A stretch of 64,000 nucleotides of DNA, from contig NC_042997.1 in the NCBI RefSeq assembly GCF_006345805.1, positions 9,672,001-9,736,000 of the forward strand, written 5' to 3'. Origin of the DNA: Octopus sinensis (taxonomy: Eukaryota). Made by a program: the position numbers and the translations under genes. Shown one piece after another: positions 53,182-64,000 of the stretch. Each line of letters starts with the position of its first letter. Position 1 is the stretch's first letter. Under the pieces are notes generated by a model that made no database searches, was not told the DNA's origin, and saw only the letters and a list, made by a program, of their open reading frames with translations.

Positions 53182-53905
53182 CGGTCCTCGAGATGCAAAC
53201 CGCAAGACTAACCCCAGCTCTCTGTGTCAAGACAGACCGTGCTTAGTCTTACTGATTACATCGGGAATAAAATTTCAAATGTCTTGGTTCCGGCGCGCTA
53301 AGAGACTCCTGAAGCGAAGGGCTGCAGTGAATAATTCACTGCGGGTAAAGCTTACTACTAGGGAACGTATTTATTTAAATATTTAAAAATTGAGGGAGAT
53401 AAATTAATATTAATTTAATATCAATTTAAAACCAGTAGTCCAGCATTCAAAAAATCTGAGGAGTCAGAGAAAATTCAAATATATGTGTATATTGGCAGGG
53501 CTGGCCTGCTAGGTAGCCGGCCAGAATGCTAGAAATAGATCATCAACGATCAAACTACAAGCATCTGGCCGGCTACCTAGCAGGCCAGCCCTGCCAATAT
53601 ACACATATATTTGAATTTTCTCTGACTCCTCAGATTTTTGAATGCTGGACTACTGGTTTTAAATTGATATTAAAATTAATATTAATTTATCTCCCTCAAT
53701 TTTTAAATTTTAAATAAATACGTTCCCTAGTAGTAAGCTTTACCCGCAGTGAATATTCACTGCAGCCCTTCGCTTCAGGAGTCTCTTAGCGCGCCGGAAC
53801 CAAGACATTTGAAATTCTATTCCCGATGTAATCAGTAAGACTAAGCACGTGTCTGTCTTGACACAGAGAGCTGGGTTAGTCTTTCAGTTTGCATCTCGAG
53901 GACCG

Positions 53906-53981
53906 AATGTACTGAAGAAGTCACGGACACTTGAATTATGCAAGTAATTCTTTTGTTAAGACCGAAACCGAGGTATGCATT
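53906..53981 (+). ncRNA. Type I HHR motif
   Basis: aatgta CTGAAGA agtc [acgga..acttg aattatg caagt..tttgt] gacc GAAA cc ga gg TA tgcatt; predicted cleavage after 53975 (GUA); A-C mismatch at the base of stem II. Confidence 0.8.
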
Positions 53982-54156
53982 TAAGTCTGTTTTTTATTTA
54001 ATTTTTCATATGTCCTGCCCGCCAATTTGGTTCTGGTGTTCGCTGAATTCTTCCTATAGAATTTCCTTGTAGTTTGATCGTTGATGATCTATTTCTAGCA
54101 TTCTGGCCGGCTACCTAGCAGGCCAGCCCTGCCAATATATATATATATATATATAA

Positions 54157-54230
<74 letters not shown>

Positions 54231-54239
54231 TATATTATA

Positions 54240-54273
<34 letters not shown>

Positions 54274-54274
<1 letters not shown>

Positions 54275-54606
54275 AGCGTGGCTCAGTGGTTAGAGCGTCG
54301 AGCTTACGATCGTGAAGTCCTGAGCTCGAATCCCGGACCAGGCTGCGTGTTGTGTTCTTGAGCAAGACACTTTATTTCACGTTGCTCCAGTCCACTCAGC
54401 TGTAGAAATGAGTTGCGACGTCACAGGTGCCAAGCTGTATCGGCCCTTGCCTTTCCCTTGGACAACATCGGTGACGTGGAGAGGGGAGGCCGGTATGCAT
54501 GGGCGACTGCTGGTCTTCCATAAAACAACCTTGCCCAGACTTGTGCCTCAGAGGGTAACTCTCTAGGTGCAAACCCATGATCAGTGTCTGACCGAAGGGG
54601 GTCACC
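54274..54606 (+). mobile_element. SINE S3, well-preserved copy
   Basis: A-box tggctcagtgg 54279-54289, B-box gctcgaatcc ~54324-54333; colinear with 15450-15776. Confidence 0.9.
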
Positions 54607-54656
54607 ATATACGATCTCAGATCAAATCACTTGCTATGCGAGTATATCTCCGTATA

Positions 54657-54714
<58 letters not shown>

Positions 54715-55356
54715 ATATAAACTATATATATATATATAGTGAATCCAAATTGAATGATTTTAGTAAAAAAAAAGACCTCACTAACAAACCAATAAAAGGG
54801 GTCAGAGCTGCTGCTGTGTCTTATAGTGCCTTTCATTTACAAGTGGGCGGTTACCAAGAGAAAATGACTTTATCAATGAAAGTATTGTTTAGTAGCTAGC
54901 ATGTGCACATAACTGCTACGGAATTCACATTTAGGAGAATAAAAAGAAAATGTCCAACATTTACAGAAATGTCTATCCCACTGCTCACAAAATGGAACAG
55001 TTATTGATAGAAATATGAATTATATTTATAGTTTTTTTGCAAATACTTTCTATGAAACCCATATTGGAATATAATTGTATTGTTACTGCTTCTGTCATGA
55101 TCATAATCATTATTGTCGTCGACAAGAGACCTGTTTCATCTTATCAAATAATGTCTTGCATCTTTAAAAAGCTACGATATGTAATTACTATGTATTACCA
55201 AAGAAGCATTGCATCACCTGTATCCACCCACTCATCCATATACATATATATATATATATGTGTGTGTGTATGTATGTATATATATGAGTTTGTGTATATA
55301 CAAACATAGATATATATGTACATATGCATATATGTATGTATGTATATTATATATAT

Positions 55357-55405
<49 letters not shown>

Positions 55406-55437
55406 ATACATATGTATATACATATATATATATATAT

Positions 55438-55469
<32 letters not shown>

Positions 55470-55477
55470 ATATGCAT

Positions 55478-56140
55478 ACTCTTTTATTCTTTTACTCATT
55501 TCAGCCATCTAGTTGAGGTCATGCTGGAGCACCACCATGGTCAGGGTGTTTCGCATCACCAATCCTATATGTGCCTTTGTCCCTGCTGTTGGTACATTTG
55601 GTGTATAAGTGAGTTTGATTCTGCTGCCCTCATCTCCATCTCATGTCAGGCAGATGGTTCACTTGCTATTGTGGAGAGAGGGATGTCTAGTTCCTTTTGA
55701 AGACATCTACTTCCACTTTATGCAGATTTCTTAATTTTTGTGGCAGGGCATTGAAGAGCTGTGGGCCTTTGAACCCTAGACTATTGCAATACCTTGTCTT
55801 TAATTTAGATGGAGTGGATGGTACCTTTGGTAGATTACAATGGTGGCCGGTTATGGCATTTTTATAACACTCAATGCTAAACTTAGGTACTAGCCCTTCT
55901 GGAATTTTCTATATGTATATTATTGCATATCTCTCATGCCTTCGCTCCAGGGAGTAAAGCTGTAGTTTACTCAGCCAATCTCTGTAGCTCATCTGCTGCA
56001 CTGTTTCAGTCTCTTTAGCATTGGACTGCTTCATGCACAGCAGTTTCTCTGGTATTATATAACTAGTCCAGGCAGCTGAGAGCAAAGGTTCTCTATAGGA
56101 TCAACATATTTGTTGGTCTCTTGTCTTGAAGGACCTCACT
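55478..56140 (-). mobile_element. Decayed CR1/L2-group LINE 3' end
   Basis: Minus-strand remnants resembling YSL..RR.R..I.Y.Y.I..G...GP.LFNALP....[13 protein letters not shown]; tail ggtggtgctccagcatg...gagtaaaagaataaaagagt. Confidence 0.6.
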
Positions 56141-56227
<87 letters not shown>

Positions 56228-56299
56228 CATATGTATATACATATATATACAAGTATATATATATGTATACGTATATATATATGTATGTATATATATATA

Positions 56300-56551
56300 T
56301 AGGCACGTAAAAAGCACCATCCGAACGTGGCCGATGCCAGCGCCGCCTAGACTGGCTTCCGTGCCGGTGGCACGTAAAAAGTACCCACTACACTCTCGGA
56401 GTGGTTGGCGTTAGGAAGGGCATCCAGCTGCAGAAACACTGCCAGATTAGACTGGAGCCTGGTGCAGCCTCCTGGCTTCCCAGATCCCCGGTCGAACCGT
56501 CCAGCCCATGCTAGCATGGAGAACGGACGTGAAATGATGATGATGATGATG

Positions 56552-56552
<1 letters not shown>
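56300..56552 (+). mobile_element. RTE 3' UTR/tail fragment
   Basis: ggcacgtaaaaagcacc unit plus standard tail and (GAT)n. Confidence 0.85.
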
Positions 56553-56585
<33 letters not shown>

Positions 56586-56593
56586 GTATAATT

Positions 56594-57701
56594 TCTACAT
56601 ATGTGGAAAATCGGTGTGTGTTTGTGGTGTTGTTAGGCAACTCCTCCTACATCATTTAATTGATTTTGATGAAACGTGGCACGTGAGTATAACCAAATGC
56701 CTAGAAACCTCATGACATACTTAGATTGTTGAAAAAAAATGATAATACAGCCCCCGGAAGGCACTTTTATATCTACCTCATATAACTAATTTTTTTAAAT
56801 GCCCAAGGGAAATAACCCATTTCATTGTTTATGTTCGATTACTTTGAATATTGATTTTTTGTATGTCCAAATTTCTAATTTTTGCAGACAATATCACTTT
56901 TATACTTTATTTGTCATGTAAGTAGAACTCATGTCTGGAAACCTCATGACATACTTAGATTGTTGAAAAAAAATCGATAATAGCGCCCTTCCAATGGATC
57001 CTTCTATCTACTACATATTACTAATATTTTATTTAAACAACCCTAGGAAAATAACCCATACCACCTACAGATTTTAGCGACGTGATCAATATTTGATTCT
57101 CACGATCAGCCAGCCTAACTCAGCATTTCACTACTCACAGTTTTGAACTGCTAAACATTATTATTGCACTTCCTTAATTTGAATCTTAAACACTAAAACA
57201 TCATTCATACATTTCTATACATACATACGTTTTTGAATTTCCATTACTCTGATAACTCTGCATTTTTACAGTTACACTTTTTCCATGACAGTAGATAATT
57301 TTTTTTATTCCACAACGTATTTGTAGTGCCTTCATGCAGGCATAGCGTGGATTCGATCCTCGATTGCCAAATTTTACTTAACACTTCAACAGCACTTTTC
57401 TCATGGTAAAACAATATTTTTTCAGTGAATGACAGCGGTTATACATTTCTCAGATGCCTTTACTAAGCAGAATAATGTCTTTGCCTCTCGCCAACCTCCG
57501 ACAACCTATCTCACCAACCTCTGAAAACCTCTCTTGCCAACCTCTTCTTCTTCCTCCAGCCGATAGATTTTTGTACTTTTTCGTGACACAAAAATACACC
57601 TTTTGTGGCAGTTATAATAAAATTACTTTCTTATATCAGAGTAATAAGGCCTTTTCAATAGAACATCTTAACACCCGGGAATTACCAGGTACACCAGCTA
57701 G
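56594..57701 (+). mobile_element. Non-autonomous Helitron-like element with internal ~120-bp direct repeat
   Basis: 3' cccgggaattaccagg hairpin-like motif then CTAG|t (57698-57701); probable 5' TC at 56594; repeat gaaacctcatgacatacttagattgttg at ~56703 and ~56937. Confidence 0.6.
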
Positions 57702-59310
57702 TATATATATATATATATATATTACTGTGCCCTCGTAAAAATCATCCAATACTCCCTAAAGTAGGAAGAGCTTCCCAGTTCCTGTCAAACCGTGCAACCC
57801 ATATGTATGTATGTAAAAAAGGTATTAGCAAGATATGCTGAGTATATAAAATTACATAGTAGTGCTCAAATGAATTTGAACTTAAACTCCGAATTCCTCA
57901 TCCAAGACTAGGCCTACACTGTATAGAATGGTTATAATGAAATGCAATATGATTTGGTAGTGATGCAGATAAAAACAATTAAGCTTGACACAGATATACG
58001 CTCACACACATGCACATATATATATATATATATAAATACATGCACAATCACACTCACACACTACACACACACATGCACACATATATGCAAAGACATATAT
58101 ATCTGTATACATGCAGAAAGATAAACACTTACATACATATACATACAAATTTATTTACATAGACCATAAGAATTACAGAATACCATGTAGAGAATACATA
58201 AATTCTTAACTCAACAGCTATTTTAAGAAGCTCGGATTTATGTAATAGTTAAAATATTCATTACTTTCAGGTGGAATATGCAAAAAGTTTTGGGTATGCA
58301 ATAGTCATACAGAAATATAATAAAAATATTTGTGTTTGTACAGGGAACTCCACAAACTACAGACTAGGATAAGGCATAGGGAATATTCTAGGACTAGTGA
58401 TGGTGTATGTATATAGGTAGGGAGGTAAAGTGTTTAAAGGCTCCATTTGAGAATGAAATTAGGTGATCCCGGTCACCAGTGTAGACCATAACCTGGCGGG
58501 AACTTTGGGTTATATAAATGCTAGTTACAAAACTAACTACTCTGTAAGTTGTATTGCCAAGAACCATTCCCTGTCCTTCACCAAATAATATGTTTTCTGA
58601 AGTAATCTTCACATGTAGACACAAATTTTATTTCACTTTCGCTTATTATGTCAAGTCTTTATGAGCTGTTCTAATTGTGGTTTTTCCCTTGCTTATTACT
58701 TGGCTATGCTAGCAGTATTTTCTGACTTTTTTCTCCTTGCACCATTTTTCCTAACACAGCATATCTTCCTTCTCCACAACTGAAACCTCTATTCCTTTCT
58801 TTCATTGCTTATCTCATCCTGTCTCTGAGTGTGGTCAGTTACTATCCCTAAATGATATATTGTTAGCTTAACAAGATTCCCTCACCACCAGTGGAGCTCC
58901 ATTTCACTACACTGACTTAACATTACCGTCTCCCCTCCTCTGTTACATCTAGTCTACCTTTGTTCATTCTCACTTTATCACAGAAATCCTCCTCTCTCTC
59001 CCTGCCTTTCATTTCTTCTACTCTACTCTATTTCTCCTGCTTATGTCGCATATATTTTCCTTCCTCTCCCTGCCTTTTGTTCTTATTCTTCCTCCTCTTT
59101 CCCTTAACCTTTTAAAATCTTTGGCACTACTATATGAACTGCTTTTTCTCTTGATGAGTGGAGCTAGACTTATGGTAATATCTCTGTGTGACTGTTTACT
59201 GGTGGCATACCCCCACACACTCATACACAAACAACCACATGCATGTTTTTGTATGCATGTTTATGATGACCACAATACTAAGAGAGTGGTAACTGGAGAA
59301 TATACTTTAC

Positions 59311-59342
<32 letters not shown>

Positions 59343-62300
59343 CTGGCAGCAGCAGCAGTAGCATCAACAGTAGTTTAGCAAGAGACAGCATCAAAATTGA
59401 TGAATTTTGTTGTGTAATATGGCTGTTGCATGTTATCACAAGCAGATGACAAAATATTTCACCTGAAGCCATTAATCATAGAAAGCATTATTAGAAATTA
59501 TTGCACCTATTCAGCCAGGTCCCTCACTTTCACAATCTGTCTGACTCTCTATCTATCTCTATCTCTATCACTCCCTCTCTCTCTCTCTTTGTTTTTATCC
59601 ATCTCCTCTCATGTTTTTTCTTTTTACAATCTCTTTCTATCATTTTCTTTCTTTGTTACTTTCTCTTTTATTTTCATCTTCTCTCTTTTCTTTTCACCTT
59701 TTGTTATTCTTTCTCCGTCTTCTATTCTGTCCCTCTCTTAATATTCTTAATCGTCAGTATTAATTGTTCATCTCCACCATTGCCATCAGGCATTTCAGAC
59801 TCATGATACAGATTAGGAAAAAAAAAAAAATGAACCGCTAAATAAAATTAGATAAAAATAAAAATAAAAATAAAAATAAAAATAAAGAAATAAAATCAAA
59901 ACTAAAAATAAGAAATAAACAAAAACAAAAAGATCTTAACCCTCAAACCCAAACTGAAATAAAAAAAAAAAAATATATATATATATGATAAAGAAGACAA
60001 AATTTGCCGTTGAACTTTTAAGAATATGAAATAACTGGCAATGGTAACTGAAGCAATTTTATTCTTAATAGATGTAAATAGCATTTATGATATGCAGATA
60101 AACATTTTGCCCTTCTCCACCTCTTCTAGCCTCTGTAGAACTCCAGCTAACAATAGCATTCATGGACAACTGCTTGTTCTCGTCTTCCTTCTTCCGAGTC
60201 ACTCACTCTTATAACTAGCTTGCAAATACACTCACACTATTACACAGAAATATGCACATGTATGCATACTCACAAACATGTGCATACACCCAGATGCATC
60301 TAAATCCACTGGTATGCATGCATACAGATATACACAAATGGTTACATTACATTAAGTTGAACACACCTGCACACAAACACATACATATGTATATACCCTC
60401 ACATATTCACATTTACACAAAGGCATACACAAACGTTCATGTTCCTTGCATATTCACACATATATTTTCCCAATTACTTTCGCATATGTTCACCTTGTAT
60501 TAGAGCCCACTTATTCATGCACAATTAAATACATACATATATACATACCCACACATAAATGCACTCACACAGATATCCACATTTATACACACACATGGGC
60601 ATACATATACTCTCATATGAACATATCTACATTCCATAGATATTGTGATTTTTATTCAAACATACTTTCTCATACTCTCTATGTTCATACACACAAACTC
60701 TTAGACACTCACACACATACACACATATGTATATACAAACACACACACATACGTGCATACATACACACATGCATACATGCACATATACACATCTCTATAC
60801 ATCCTATCAATGAAGTTAGAGAGTGTCGTTATTACAAAATATAAAATGTCTTGTTATGTAAATCCTGTTTTCTCACTTTTGTATAATTCAACAAATAGCT
60901 GGATGCACAAAGTGATGGATGAAAGAATGGATGGGGGACTGGCTGGATAGGCTGAGAATGGATAAAGGGTTGGATGGAGAGAAGGATTGCTGGATATAGA
61001 GATGGGGGGATGATTGTGTAGGTAGGGGTTAGGGAATTATTCTCATACTTGCTGTAGGGGAAATGTCTTATTTGTCGAATAGCTCTTTTACTATCGGCAT
61101 ACCAGTTGCTCTAACAGATTCAAATCTTGTCTTTTAATACAAAACAAAATGGCATTTTAATAATCTGTCTTTGTAATTTTCAAAGGTAATGATGAAAATT
61201 TGATTTTGTTGTTGAACATATATAGATGTGCATGTATGTACATATATATATATGTGCAAACACACACACACACACTCATACACATAGAAATAAATACAGA
61301 TTAGGTACGCATATGTTTTCTATAGATATATATATCTATACATATACACACATACATAGATATATACATGCATATATGTATATATATAGATATATATATG
61401 TGTATATATATGTGTGTGTGTGTGTGTGTATATGTATATATATATGTATGTATGTATATATGTATGTATATAAAGATATATATATATAATTGTAATTGTA
61501 TCTATTATTATTTTATGCTTCTCTATATTATTTTTTGTCTTTTGTTATGTTCCATACTTTTCGTTTCTTTTCTGTTTTTTTTTTCTTTTGTATTTGTATC
61601 AATTTCCTTTATTAATTATGCCATCAAATAGATCAAAATTAATTTCGCAATATTTGGGAGGAATTTCTGGCAAGTGCAATTGAGTAAGAGTTTAAACACC
61701 TGACAAGCTGAGCCCACACTCTAGTTTATTGTTATCACTTTTCATTTTTGTGTATGTATTTTTTAATGGTTTATTCTTTCCATTGTATTTGAAGTTTGTC
61801 ATTTTTATTAATTATAATGCTGAAAGAATATAAACTAATTCATCAAATTGTTTAATGAAATTTATTGAGAATGTCAGAAAGAAAGAGGTGAGCTCTCAAA
61901 AAGCATTGTAATAAATATGGTTTCAATCCCTCAACTTGCAGGATTCCTAACATTGAAATACCTCATTTAGCTCTTTTGGAACATTGAACATTGCTAGTTG
62001 ATCTGCCATATATAGCAGATAAATTTACTTCAGATTACACCTTACTATTTTAAATAAGGGAACAATACTTTGAATATTTTAGTCCTACATATCCCTAAAA
62101 TCTCTGGCAGACAGTACTGACAAATATGGGACACCCTTGATCATAGTTCTACATGATTAAGATCAGCACCAAGAAGAGCAAAAATAACAATATCATATGC
62201 ATAATATGAATCCACTATATAGAATCTGAGCACACTTTGGATATGAGCTCTTTTACTTTCACTAATATGTGGTTGTGAGCTTATAGATCTGAGCACAATA

Positions 62301-63188
62301 TGGATCCATATAGAAAGATATTTTTTAAGAGACTTTGAAATAATAAGTATTTCAGGATGTTTTACTCTATGGCAAGTATCAATTAAAGCCACATCAAGAA
62401 AAATGAAAATCTGAAATAATGTTGAAATAAATTATTGCTTTTGCTTACAACTAACATCGGTTTTCGTTTTCTTTTCCTTTTTTTTTTTTTACTATGATCA
62501 GTACTCATAATGAATCGATTCAAACTTATGTCACTGAACTTATTCTATAATGAGTTAACAAAGAAGATTGTATGTGGTCATTTGAACTGCTTGAAGTTAA
62601 ATATCCCTAAAATTACGCATTATTATCTTAAAGAAAAGTTATAAAGTGTAATGTAGGCTCTGATATATGAAGTATAACTGGAATGTTTCTGATAAAATGT
62701 TTGCCAGATCAGCACTGACCAGGTTGCAAAATAACAAGAACAATAAGAATAGTAGAACAAAGGCAAATTTATTCTTCAACCTATTGGATTACAGAATCAT
62801 AAAATCAAACTGATAATGGCTGAGTGAAAGGAAATTGCATGGATTAGATCTATGTCAATTATCCCCCTACGAGAACAAGAAAAGAATCAATTAAGGAGCT
62901 TCTTTTCCTAAAAAGATCTGAATTTCCAGTCAAAATACCAAGATTAAGGTATGCAGTGAAGCAATTCTTATATTGTTGTCATAACAATGATCAATAACAA
63001 AATTGCCATCTTAATCACTATCTAATCATAGAAAATAATAGATCAGACAGAGACAGCAGTGAGATAATCTGTTTGAAAAAGTGAAGTCATATGCAAAGTA
63101 ATAAGAGAGATGCAGATCAACAAAAGGAGAACTACTCACCAGAATAATAAAGTACTACTACAAGCCAACCCTTCAATGTGGGGTGTGC

Positions 63189-63296
63189 TGACATAGGCTA
63201 ATACTCTGGGAGTGGTAAAGGTAAGACATCATGATCCTGTGATGACATAGGCTAATACTCTGGGAGTGGTAAAGGTAAGACATCATGATCCTGTGA
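63189..63296. repeat. Exact 54-bp tandem duplication
   Basis: tgacataggctaatactctgggagtggtaaaggtaagacatcatgatcctgtga x2. Confidence 0.95.
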
Positions 63297-64000
63297 ATCT
63301 CCTGATTGCCAAAATCTATCTCATTAAGAAGGAAACATCATCACGAAAATGTTCTATCTAACAAAGCACAGTAGAGCAACAAGGCCACATAAGTAACCAA
63401 GAAGATTAATCAGAAACTTGCAATAGTCATCCTGCTGAAACACCAATAAGAAATCACCTACTAGCAATGAAAACATTACTTCATTCATATACAATCTGAA
63501 GATTATTAATGCATTCCTTGATGATTGCCACTTCAACATGAAACTTGAAATAATGGAAAATTAGACTAAATGTTATGCATGGCCATATTCCCAAAATGCT
63601 CCAAAATTATACCAGTAGTTTATCCTCGAGTGGCTACCAGAATATTTACATTATCACTTTGAAGGATACTAGAGCAGGTAAACAAATCATAGTCACTCGT
63701 GGCACAAAAGGGATAGAAATGCAACAACCAATGTAAGTTTTATGGAATCAACATTGAGGATATCTGTCACATAATAAGTAGCTGTCTTCACAGTATTACC
63801 TATCTACAAGACATGGTGTTGTTGTTAGTACACTAGATTAGATTCGGCACGGTGGCTGTTTGCAATAATTTTTGTATTAATGCTCATTAATAAAAGAGGT
63901 GAAGTTTTTGCAACTAGAATAGCCAACCTTCAGTGTTCTCCTATTAAAAATTCTATAAAACTTATGGCTAGATTGAAAATGCTTAGAAACTAGTTTTAAG

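Larger units (their letters stand above)
52865..54139. mobile_element. Back-to-back HHR-bearing non-coding element, ~540-nt monomer, inside (TA)n
   Basis: Left arm 52865-53561 (internal period 522, with a 19-nt deletion in the outer copy); right arm 53561-54139 is its inverse (period 537); (TA)n on both sides. Confidence 0.9.

Noticed and set aside
53144-53386. 80-aa ORF within the foldback monomer
   Set aside because: It is antisense to the HHR, has no motif, and indels in the other arm disrupt it.
54274-54345. tRNA gene (also considered at 15450, 34538 and 35286)
   Set aside because: No complete cloverleaf or acceptor stem; the head continues into a dispersed SINE body.

Overview
AT-rich, microsatellite-dense eukaryotic DNA that is almost entirely repeat-derived. 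The repeat landscape looks like a coleoid cephalopod (Octopus-like); that assignment is an inference from my recognition of the repeat families, not a database result. I found no convincing host gene exon. Contents: (i) one near full-length, C/CpG-rich Penelope-like element (PLE; RT + C-terminal GIY-YIG, 22777-29316) with two ~266-bp pseudo-LTRs, broken mostly by homopolymer frameshifts; (ii) decayed PLE, RTE, BovB-type RTE, R4/Dong-type and CR1/L2-type LINE fragments; (iii) at least three tRNA-derived SINE families; (iv) non-autonomous Helitron/Helentron-like elements. The main hidden signal is an unusual density of type I hammerhead-ribozyme (HHR) motifs, about a dozen from several unrelated families. 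Most lie in apparently non-coding 450-580 nt units arranged either as tandem monomers (50.1-51.1 kb) or as back-to-back inverted arms whose ribozyme-sense 3' ends point outward, often into (TA)n (1.5, 20.1, 34.5, 52.9 kb). One such unit also has a tRNA-like Pol III head. This looks like a retrozyme-like, PLE-dependent non-autonomous system. All folds were deduced by eye; none was computed or tested. Boundaries of decayed elements are approximate.
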